Source: Geosiphon pyriformis uo1 (Eukaryota; Fungi; Glomeromycota). From it: 60,100 bases of DNA. This document shows positions 13,964 through 25,600 of the stretch, piece after piece. Location of the stretch: the NCBI GenBank assembly GCA_016748015.1, contig JAAOMT010000195.1, positions 41,714-101,813 on the forward strand. Direction: 5' to 3'. The first letter of the stretch is position 1; each line of letters opens with the position of its first letter. Position numbers and translations under genes: made by a program. The notes below the pieces were generated by a model. The model did no database searches, was not told where the DNA came from, and saw nothing but the letters and a program-made list of their open reading frames with translations.

Positions 13964-14279
13964 TGTTACTCATAGAATATAGAGAGTATATTAACATATA
14001 AATTAGCCAATTAGAAATGGCTGTAGTAAATGTAAAATTCTAGGATTTCTCTCAAAAAAAATCATAGGATTCTAGGAATTTCAGAATTCTTGTACAAAAA
14101 ATCACAGGATTTCAAAATTTTAGAATTCTTTTCAAGAGGAATTGCAGGATTTCTGGTGTGAAGAATTGAGAAATTGAGGAATCTCAATTATGTTGTTATG
14201 GTTGAAACTCATAGTTTTTATTAGTTATCACATGTATTAGCCATTGATGTCATATAATTAGCCACCTTATTTTTAGATA

Positions 14280-14353
14280 GTGATTATTAACCTGATCAAT
14301 GACCTGACCATTAACCTGATTATTGACCTAATCAATGACCTGGTTGTTAACCA
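14280..14353 (+). repeat. 12-bp tandem array (TGATCATTGACC-like) in B LTR; ~6 units here, ~11 units at 21291-21424
   Basis: Direct reading of both LTRs. Confidence 0.85.
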
Positions 14354-14959
14354 CTTTCAATATTTATATAAGTAATGAGTCTCTTAGCTGTAGAAAATTA
14401 TGTCAAAAATCAAGGAATTAAATAAATAAAATAACAACTTTCATCTCAATCATTCTCTTATCACTAATTTTTCTTTTTCTACCTTCAAGTATCCAAACAT
14501 CTTTGGAATAAAAGATTACTTGTTGGTGTTTACCTGTCTTTTTCCTGAAATGATTAATTGTAGTATTTGAAGATTATTGAATAAAATGTAACTGAAAAGC
14601 ACATCTAATACTTGATATTGAATTCTAAGAGTGCCAACATGAGGCATAGAATTATACCAAGCATGATCATTTGTTGACAGTACAGACTATTCCACTACCT
14701 TCAGATTCTCTAGTTATTTTTGAAAAGAATAGTGACTGTGATATTTTATGAGACTAATCTCGCACATTAAATCCATACTTATTTAATTCACTCTTTGAAG
14801 TTGAATTTTCTTTGATTATTTTCATCACCTTACAATCCTGTTCTCCCTTGCTATCCATTAGCTTGTTATTCCAACCCATAACATAAAAGTGGTGCTCCCT
14901 GTAAGGTTGTCAAAATTCACTTATTTCCTCATTATATAGGTGATTACTCATATCTGCCA

Positions 14960-17900
14960 TAGCAATCAGAAGAACACTTTGCAGCACACAATAGAAACAA
15001 TTCAGACTTTATTGAACTCAATCTCCTGCCCTCCTGCTTGATCTGCTTTCCTGTTGAAAAACAATCCAGTAGACAATTCCAAGACTTTTAGAACTGGTTT
15101 CTGAACAAACATTCAGCTGAAACTTACACAGCCTATACAATCTATTATTTTGACCAAGCTTATTTTGAAGACACTTTTGAAGAAAGAAACAACAGCATTA
15201 ATCAGCTCTTATACTCAACAACTTTTGAACAACAGTCTCCTGATTTCGAATATCTGAACCACCAAATTCACATTTGGATTATTGCCCACCAATTAGCTAT
15301 AACTTCCTTTGAAACAGAAGAAGAAAGCTACCAAACTGCTCCTATTTTTGATATCTTCTTAAGCAATTCAGATCATTCCACCCAAACAGTAACTCCTGAA
15401 CCAATGGCTAATAACCCCATGCAAGCAAACATCCTGGCCACTCTTTAAGACATACAAACTGCTTTGGAGTGAAAAAACAATGCCTCATTACCACTATTCA
15501 GAGGTGATGCACAAGATCCAATTGAATGGTTAGATGACTTTAAAAAAGCAGCTACAGCCAACCAATATGATAATGAATACAAGTTTCAAATCATTGGTGG
15601 CTATCTCCAAAGCTTCCCTGCCACATGGTTCTCACAAAAAACTGATGCTGGTGCTTACCAAAGAATTATTAGATGGACACCAACAAATGCTAGAGAAAAA
15701 AACACTTCCTTTACTATCTGGTTTGAAAACAAATTCAGAACTCCAATCTTAATATCCAAATGGCAAATGGAGTTAGAAAGAAAAACCCAAAGTTCTGGTG
15801 AAGTTGTAACTGAATATGCCAAAGCAATCAGAAAATTGATCAAGCAAGTAGACTTTGGAAGAAATTGGACAGAAGAGCAGAAAATACATTCCTTTACAAA
15901 AGGACTAAGAACAGACCTTTCATATGTTCTTTGGTCTCTCCTGGCCCTGAAAGATAATCCTACAATGAATATGACCATTGAACTTGCCCAGAGAATAAAA
16001 GACAATCAAAGAATGCATTTGGGATTCACACTTCCAGTTTTTGCTCCAGCTCTTGTCATAACTTCTGCTCTACAAATGGCTACTACCTCTTTTGCTATTC
16101 AAATACAAGATCCCAATGAACAATTAATAGATAAACTTATAGTTAATCTTGTCTGGTTACTGAAACTGTTAGCTTAAGCAGTCAGAAAAAACCAACAACC
16201 CCAAAGACCTAGATATAAACCACGCTTCAATCAGCCCTAGCAACCACTATATCAAAGACAGCAAAATTGTGGTCCACCTGTGTGTTATTACTGTGGACTA
16301 ACTGGACACTTTTCCAAAGACTGTAACAATTCTCTATTGTCTCCTCCAGCTTTTAGAAATAATGACACCCAGAATAACAGACCTAACAATATTAATCAAA
16401 GACCTAATCATACCAACATCAATTTCTTTGGAGAGAATCTCTTGGTTGAAGCTACTGTTTATCAGCTTTTAAACTGGTAGGCACACCTCCAAAGGGTGAG
16501 AGTACAAGCCAACCAGAAAAAAACCTCTTTTATGTCTTTAACTTAACTGATTATGACCATAACATAAATGAACTAGCAATCAACACTTTAGAATTAACCA
16601 GGAAGAAGAAGAAAGCCAAGGTTGATTTCGTTTTGAATCCAAACAAACCATCCATTTCAACTGCTGACAACAATGAGCCACCAAAGACTAAAGTATTCAA
16701 GAATCTTCCAAAGTTGGAACTGTCAGAAATAGTACAAAAATCTGGTCCTTATTCCATTGTCAAAGATCTCATGGAAACTCCTGCACATATTATCTTTGGC
16801 CAGTTAATGACTCATCCTCAATTCAGAAAAGACCTTTGCAAATCTTTGATTCCTAAGAAAAAGACACCAAAAACTAACAAATGCCCATGCCAAGCTGGAC
16901 TTGCTGACAACAGCAATGTCACCCCTCTCATTTGTAAGGCCCAAGTGGCTGGTTACTTCATTGATCTAATCCTGGACAGTAAATCATCTGTTAGTGTCAT
17001 TGCCAAACACTTCTTAGAAGCAATTGGCAGAAAGATTGATAAACCATTCACACAACCAATGACCAACATACACGGTGACAAGAAAAAAGATTTGAGCATA
17101 GCCAAAGCTGTTTCTGTCTGAATCAATGGCATCAATATTGAAACTGACATGGAAGTATCTGAAGCAAAAAAATACACCATAATAATTAACAATAAATGGC
17201 TCAAGAAAGCAAAAGCCTTGCTTGATTATGAACTTTGTGAACTGATCATCAGATGTGGTGAGAAACCCATTGTGGTTAAGTGTTGCCATTGGACAACTCC
17301 TCCAGTATCCAAACAAAGCCAGGAAGAAGAACAATCAGATGAGTCAGATGATGAAGAAAGTGATGAAGAAGATGAACAAAAAGAACAAGAAGAAACTGCT
17401 GAACTTGTCTACACCATTTTTACCAGCAATGACAAACCATTAGATAATGTCAAAGCAGATAAAAAAGAAATTATAGTAAATGGCAAGCTGATCTGCTGGC
17501 CCTATTATGATATTTTTAGAAGAACCTTTGACCGAAAGCCTGGCAAAAAAGCCAAATACAATTATTGGTGATATGGCCTTTATGCCAGATGCTGGTACAA
17601 TAAATCTTTGTATTCTTTCAGTGATGAATGCAAATTCTGTTTGATCTATTACAAAGATTGGGAACCAATCAGTTTAATACCCAGAGAAAAAATAAAAGAA
17701 GTACAGAAGTCCTTTGAGAATAAATTACCTGAGATCCAATTACTTGTTGTAGAACAAAAAAAACCTTCCCCAAAAAAAAAAAAAGTAGATATTGAAAACC
17801 TATTGACTAAAAACAGCCCAGTTATCTCAAAAAAAGGTAATACCTCTGGATGAATCTATATGATACAACATACCATTACAACTAAAAAAATTCACCCCAT

Positions 17901-19161
17901 ATATTTAAAGCCTTATCAATTCAATCGTCATAATAATGAGTTTATCAAGAAAGAGATAAACCAGATAAAAAATCTTAGATTCATACAAGAAACCAAAAGT
18001 GAATGGGCTTTCTCAGTTGTAGTAGTATCCAAGAAAGATAGAACTCTACACTTTTGTGTCAACTACTGTCAATTAAATGCCATCACTATAAGAGACATGT
18101 ACCCACTTTTTAAAATTGATGCAATGCTAGACAAATTCAATGGTGCTGCTTTTTTCTCAACTATTGACTTAATTGCTGGATTCTGGCAAGTAGAGATGGA
18201 TCCAGAAAGCAGAAAGAAAACTGTCTTTATTACCAAGTATAACACCTATGAATTCATGGTTATGCTTTTTGGTCTCACAAATGTCTCTCTTATCTTTTAA
18301 TGCCTAATAGACAAAGTGTTTAAATCAGTGAAAGAAAACTTTGTTCTAGTTTACTTGGATGATATAATAGTATACTCAAAAACCTGGGATAAACACCTTG
18401 AACATTTACAAAAGGTTTTTGACCTGCTCAGGAATACTGGCCTTAAGATCAACCTAATCAAATCTTTCTTTGAATGCCAATCCACCCAGTTTCTTGGTCA
18501 TTTTATTACAAAAGATGGAATCTTCTCTGACCCAGCCAAAGTTGAAAAAGTTCAAAACATTAGACAACCAATGAATGTTCTTGAACTATGCTCTTTCCTT
18601 TGTTTGGCCTCTTACTATCGCAAATTTATCAAAGATTTCTCTAAAATTGCCTTCCCACTAAATCAGCTACTCAGAAAAAATGTCAATTATTACTAAGACA
18701 CTTATCAACAAAAAGCTTTTGAAATTCTAAAAGAAAAACTTGTTATTGAACCAATTCTTAAACAATCTGACTTGGATCAACCTTTCATCCTTTACACTAA
18801 TACATCTGACTATAGACTTGGTGCTGTTCTCTTACAAAAAGATGAAGATGGCAGAAAACATGCTATAGCATATGCCAGTAGATTTCTAACACCAGCAGAA
18901 AAGAACTATTCAGTAACTAAACAAGAATGCTTAGCAGTAGTTTGGGCTACTAACTACTGAGATCAATATTTCCTTGGTGCCAAATTCCTGGTAGTAACAG
19001 ATCATCAAGCCTTGGTTTGGCTGCGCAATAAAAAGAATCTGAAACATAAATGGATAACTTGCTGAATACTCCATTTGAATAAATTTGACTATAATATTCA
19101 ACACCACAAAGAAGCTAATTATCAAAATGCCAATGCTCTCTCTAGATTTACCATCCAGTGA
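14960..19161 (+). pseudogene. Element B gag-pro-RT-RNase H, disrupted
   Basis: FRGDAQDPIEWLDDF capsid; CYYCGLTGHFSKDC; LILDSKS; DLIAGFWQ, YLDDII; TNTSDY, YSVTKQECLAVVW; NANALSRFTIQ-TGA. Confidence 0.88.
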
Positions 19162-19219
19162 CAATACAATCTCTCAAACCAAACCAACTTAATTATTAGT
19201 AACTCTTCCACAAACAAAC

Positions 19220-20540
19220 ATGATAATAGACTTGGACAACTATTCTGCCTTAATAGAATTTTTGGGTAAAAGACAATACTCATTGGATTATACTCGACAA
19301 CAAAGAAAACATTAGTGCAAACAATCAAATTTCTATTTGATCTGCCAGAACCAGTTATACAAAAGAAACAGAAAAGATCCTGATCACACCCAGAGAGTCA
19401 TAAGATTTGAAGAAAAAGAAATTGTAATCTACAACATATATACTGATCCATTAGCTAGACATTTTGGAAAAACAAAAACAATCCAGAAAACTTTAGCTTG
19501 CTACTATTGGTCTACCTTGGGAAAAAACATTGCTGAATACATCAAAACCTGTAACATTTGCCAAAGAAGAGGCAAACCCAATCACAAAAAAGATATCCAT
19601 CCAATCTCTGTTGGTCAACCATTTAACAGAATTGGTATAAATGTTGTTAGACCTTTAATAATAACTCTTAATAACAACAGATACATTATTACAGCTACTG
19701 ACTATCTTACAAAGTGGGTAGAAGCAAGAGCCACTCCAGACCAAACAGCAGTCTCAATAGTCAATTTCATTTATGAAGATATCATTTGCTGTCATGGCTG
19801 TTCCAAAAAACTTTTATCTGATAAAGGAAGAGTTTTTTTCAGTACACTAGTTGAAGAACTCTGCAGGAAAATGGAAATATGTCATAAATTTTCCTCCTCT
19901 TACCACTCTTAAACAAATGGCCTAGTAGAACATTTCAATAGAACACTATGTAAAACCTTAGCCAAAACCAGTGAAAAAACAAACCTATGGGACAAAGTAC
20001 TGCTTTCAGCCTTGTTTGCTTATAGAACTGTAAATCATAACATAACAAGTTATGAATCTTTTTACCTGCTCTATGGAAGAATGGCAACTCTACTAATAGA
20101 AATTAATATTGAAACAATACCCTTTGAAGAAATCACAATAGGGAATTACAAAAATATTTTGCAAAGAAGACTTGGTACCATTTTTGACTCACTTGTAGAG
20201 GCCCAGATAATTGCTTTTGAAAAGATGAAACAGTTCCAAGAAAAGCTTAAGAAGAAAAAAACTTATAAAACACTTTCATTAAGTGTTGGTAACTTAGTTT
20301 TGGAATATCATTCAGACAGAAACAATGTTTATGGTGATAAATTTTCTAGCCAATAGAAAGAACTCTTTATAGTCAACAAAGTTTTGAACAATGATTCTTA
20401 TATCTTACAAAATCAATATGGAACAATATTCAATGATCATTCTGTTCATGATATACGACTTAAAAAATATCACAAACAACCTAATTGGTTACTTGTTGTA
20501 GTAATACTAACCCAAATGATCAGCAAAAATGAGATATAAA
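19220..20540 (+). pseudogene. Element B integrase (separate ORF), disrupted
   Basis: ATG 19220; HFG..YYW..C..CQ; TDYLTKWVEA; LSDKG; 3' end approximate. Confidence 0.85.
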
Positions 20541-21200
20541 TAAATGCACCATTCTCAAAACAGAGATATCTTTAATTGACATGAATAATTATTTTCTGGA
20601 TTAAAACATTCAAAACACTTTCTATACTTTTCATGAGTATTGGATTAAAAACTATCCAAATGCTACTTTAACTATTGGAAAACAGACCACCATAACTGAT
20701 AACAGCAGAACACATACTGTTATTAGACCCAAGAAAACAACAACCAGAAAAGAAAGAATTGGTAGCAAAATAGATAAGTATCTGCTAGAAAGCATAACAG
20801 TAGCAATACTTGCACCTTCCATCACAATTGAAAAAGCAATTAAAGAAATCTTGCCCATAAACAAAAACTTGTCATATGAAAGACAACTAAAACTCTATGG
20901 TTGCCTTGGTAAAATCATAGAAAACATAAAGCTCATAAAGAAAACAACTTTTGAGATACAAGTGGAAATTTTAGCATTATACGGTTGAATGTCCAAAGAG
21001 TTTTAACCATTGCAAGAAGAGCCAAAACTCTTATACAAAGATTTAGTCTCTTGGATACAAAACTTATTTCACCCCAAGTACTATACATTTTATCCACAAA
21101 AGACTTCAACAAACTAGTTAGTTTTGAATTAGATAAAACACTTCAAGTATATTATTCTATAAATAGTTTGATTTTGCTGAAGCTCAATCTCTTTGGAGAA
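20540..21200 (+). pseudogene. Element B ORF3 remnant, unknown protein
   Basis: LKLYGCLG...IARRAKTL...ISPQVLYILSTKDFNKL...FAEAQS parallels the A/C/E ORF3 pattern. Confidence 0.5.
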
Positions 21201-22544
21201 GATGATGTTATGGTTGAAACTCATAGTTTTTATTAGTTATCACATGTATTAGCCACTAATGTTATATAATTAGCCATCCTATTTTTAGATAGTGATCATT
21301 AACCTAATCAATGACCTGACTGTTGACCTGATTATTAACCTGATCATTGATCTGATCAATGACTTGACTGTTAACCTGATTATTGACCTGATCATTGACC
21401 TGATCAATGATCTAGTCATTAACCACTTTCAATAGCTATATAAGTGATGAGTCTCTTAGCTGTAAAAAATCATGTCAAAAATCAGGAAATTAAATAAATA
21501 AAATAACAACTTTCATCTCAATTATTCTCTTATCACTAATTTCTCTTTCTCTACCTTCAAGTATCTGAACATTTTTGGAATAAAAAATTACTTGTTGTTG
21601 TTTATCTGTCTTTTTCCTGAAATGATTAATTGTAGTATTTGAAGATTATTGAATAAAACATGACTAAAGAGCACATCTGATACTTGATATTGAATTTTAA
21701 GAGTGCTGATGTGAGACATAGAATTATATTAAGTGTGATCATTTGTTGACAGTACAAACTATCTCTCTACCTTCAGATTCCCTAGTTACTTTTGAAAAGA
21801 ATAATAACTGATCTTGCACATTGAATCCATACTTATTTAATTCACTCTTTAAAGTTGAATTCTCTTTGATTATTTTTATCACCCTACAATTCTGTTCTCC
21901 CTTGCTATCTATTAGCTTGTTACTCCAACTTGTAACAATGTATATATAGCAGTAGTATTAGAAAGAAAAAAAGCAGAATCCTTTAGTTAAAGATCTTTCA
22001 GTTTAGATTTAATCTAAGCAACCTTCCAACTCACAAATATTAATAAATAATTATTCTTTATCTCAAATCTACTTCCTACTATCAACATTTCATGTTAATA
22101 GTAATTGATACTTAACCACACTGGAACAATAGCTCTTAATCATGGCTATTAATGAAATACTAACCATTATTGCCTTGGCTTATTTTCTTATTTCTTTTAT
22201 TGTTATTTTTATTTTTCTTTCTTTTATTGTTATTTACTAATTGATTAAAGAGAAAGTGCTAAGATACAGATATCATAGGAACTGGTAAAAGATCTGTAAA
22301 ACAAAGATAGAACATTCATAAATTTGAGGATAGCTTACCAGAAGGATTACTGGCCATCACGCTGAGAAAAAAATTTGACAGAATTGCGATTCTGGAAGAC
22401 TACTGAAACAACTATTGAATTTCTGCCCATTATACAAAGAACTCCACAACCAAACCTTTAGATATCAGCATTAGAATATCAATCAAGCACCAAGTTACAA
22501 GTTTGTTATTTGCTTTGAGACCCCAAATAATCATCTGTAACATA

Positions 22545-22561
22545 TGGTGCTTCTTGTGAGG
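22545..22561 (+). promoter_or_regulatory. Primer-binding site of A (equivalents: B 14890-14906, C 46484-46500 minus, E 50065-50081)
   Basis: TGGTGCTTCTTGTGAGG 2 nt after LTR end; consensus of copies TGGTGCTCCCTGTGAGG. Confidence 0.8.
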
Positions 22562-22605
22562 TATAATCTTACAAAAAACCAGCATCAACCAACAATCATT
22601 CAAAA

Positions 22606-25600
22606 GTGGCAGAATCAGAAATAATAGGAACAAATCATTTAGAATTTGCTAAATTTTTGTTTTAACAGTATAGTCAACAACTGGGATTAAACAACAACCA
22701 TTATCCAACAGAATCTGCTTTCAACTTTTACATTAATGAAAAGATTACAGACTGTTTAGGAGGAACAGCTGACATTGAATTAGCAAGAGAAAACTTTTAT
22801 ACAAAATTATTTCAACACACCAGCTTACCAAAAAATCACAGTTTCACATCATTCATCAGGGAAATTAATCAAACCATTGAAAAATATACACAACAACAAT
22901 TCCCAATTATTTATGCAGACAAAAGAAAGAGAAAACTACAAACACCAACAATGACACCAAAAGGAATCCAACCACCCACTTGGAAGAAAACTAGAGTTGA
23001 ATTGCCAACAAACCCATTCTATCACTATACACCTGGAAGTGCCATTAACATCTCATTAACAGGCGCACCTACATCAAATATGACATCAACATTTGGACAA
23101 CTCCCATTTCAAAGTAAATAAAAGAAAGCAGAATTACTAGGAACCTATAGTAATTATTTTAAAGGATTTAAATTATGATTGCCAACACCATTAGGATTTC
23201 GATCACCATCATCTTAACCAGATTTTAGAAATGTGAATCCCTGGGAGATAAGAGAATCAGAAAAGAAGAAAGAAAAAAAAGCCAAAAATCAAAAATTTAC
23301 TTACCAGAACCTGATTCTAGAAAACCCAGACATTAAAACCCCAAACTTTCAGACTTAACAAGATCCAAATTTTCAAACTCAGCAAAATCAAAATGATTAA
23401 AACCCTAACATTAATAATCAACAACACTTATCTCCAGTAATTGTCATCAACCCACCACTAGTTGCTCTACAACAACAGCCACCACTGCAATCCCAAATTT
23501 AATTACTACTCCAACCATTACAGCAACTAAACTTGAATCAAATGGCTTATGCTCCAATAGCAAAACTTGAAAAGTTCACTAGTAAAGAAAACGATGCCCA
23601 AGTATGGCTAAACAATATAGAAAAAGCCATCACAGCCAATAGATGAGATGATGCCAGAGCCATGCAAGCCATTCCATATTTTCTCCAGAATACTGCCAAT
23701 TTATAGTATCAAAGTTTGGTTAACAAACCCCAAGATTTCAATATATTCAAGCTTGCATTCCTACAATATTTCAGTAATAATAATAGCATCAACCAATTGA
23801 CAAACACTTTCACCACCATCAAACAAGAAGAAAATAAAGCAGTCACTACTTACTTAGGATGCTTCTATAGAAATTTGCGCCAAATTTAAGCCATACAGGC
23901 TGATTATTTCACAGTGTCACAAATTCTAAATCAATTTATTTGAGGCCTGTACAGTAGCATTTTCCAATACATATGTCCAATACATCTTGCAGATCTTTAA
24001 GCCACTGTTACAAATGCCAAAAATTTTGAAGCAGCTAAACTTGAAGCTAACCACGCTCAAGCCATCAACCTAGTGATGAACAGATCATCTGAATTGGATT
24101 CTAAGTTGAAACAATTCAGTGATTCCATCAACCAAAAATTAGAGAGATACTTAGCTAACAATCAGATAATTTATCAATCTTCACAACAATGCAATAATCA
24201 AAGAAATGCGAATTGTTTCCAGAATCAGTCATATTTATCATCTTCGACCAATCAACAGTGGCAGCAGGAGATGCATGTTTGTCACTACTGTGATAAACAA
24301 GAACATTTAAGAATCGATTGTAAGTTAAGGATAAATAATCAACAATTGGAAACCAATTTCAAAACTCTGATCACTGGTTTCAAACTCTGAAATATCAACC
24401 CAATCCAAAAATATATCAATTGAATTACCTACTAGTAATACAGCCACCAATTTATCAACTATCAGTATATCAAGCTTCACTCTATCAACTGGCAGCACCA
24501 GTTATTTATCAACCACAGTTACAAGTAATATATTAACAACTACCAATTCCAATACTGCCTTTAAACTCAGCTCAGATGACATCCAAAAACCTCAGATCAA
24601 GAGTCATTCAAAACTGGAAATTGGCAATGGTTGTTCACCAACCAATTCTTAGTCCATCCAACCAGCCATTAGGATTACAACAGTGGAGTTCAAGAACCAA
24701 GTATACTTAAAACCCAAGCTTCCAGAACTATTTAAGTCTTCTGGTTACTCCAGAAGATGCCTTATTCAATAACTTGGAGACAAACCAGAAAGCACTTATC
24801 AGCAACATACTACCAGCCACCATTATGGAAGACAAATCACTCGCAGCTATATTTTTCTTTGAGATTAAAAAACCGTCAGCAACTCCTTTGTTCAGTGGAA
24901 CTGCACTTGAGGAAAAACCAATTACTGCTATGTATACTAATGCCAAAGTAGATGGCCATGCTATCAAATTTATCCTTAATAGTAGATCAGCAAACAGTAT
25001 TATCACACAACAACTTATGGACCAATTAGGTCGTTGAGTTGATCATGCTGCCAGTGTTAGGATAATAACGGCTGATGGAGCGATCAAGACTCTTATTGGC
25101 AAGATTGATAATTTTTTCTTTGAAGTAAATAGTATTATTACTCCAATCAAAGTTTTGGTAATAGAGACTACATAGTACCAAGCACTAATTGGTAATGACT
25201 GGTTAGTCAAAACAAATGCCATGCTTAACTGGAACATACAGAAACTACAGCTTAGCCAGAACAGTTAACACATGTAGGTACCTGTCACATGTGAACACTT
25301 CAAACTCATCACTATGTCATTAGCCCCACTTATCGAATTCGAAGAAGAAAAAAAAAACCTACCTGGAAAGCCTATCAAGTGTCCTGGGTTGATCAAGACT
25401 ACAATGAACTACCACCAATACTTTCTTGGGATGACAATAGAAAAAAAAAATGAAAAAAAGAACTTATCTGGAATGCCAACCAAGCTTGGAAAACCAACAA
25501 CAATCAAGACAAACTAACAACAACTTGGGAATGAAAAGAAGACAATCATAAGAGAAAAGAAAAAAAAAAAAAAAGATCTAACACCAACCACTACTCACCA

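Larger units (their letters stand above)
14194..21937 (+). mobile_element. Element B: Ty3/Gypsy LTR retrotransposon of a different family, no dUTPase
   Basis: LTRs 14194-14883 and 21206-21937; perfect TSD atgt/atgt; PBS 14890; PPT ggagaagatga 21195-21205. Confidence 0.93.
13964..22542 (+). repeat. Element A 5' LTR (interrupted by B at 14194-21937)
   Basis: tgttact...tgtaaca; matches 30874 onward; atctcaattatgt|atatata is uninterrupted in the 3' copy at ~31100. Confidence 0.9.

Noticed and set aside
21291-21424. CRISPR-like periodicity
   Set aside because: Contiguous 12-bp units without unique spacers, inside an LTR; no cas genes.
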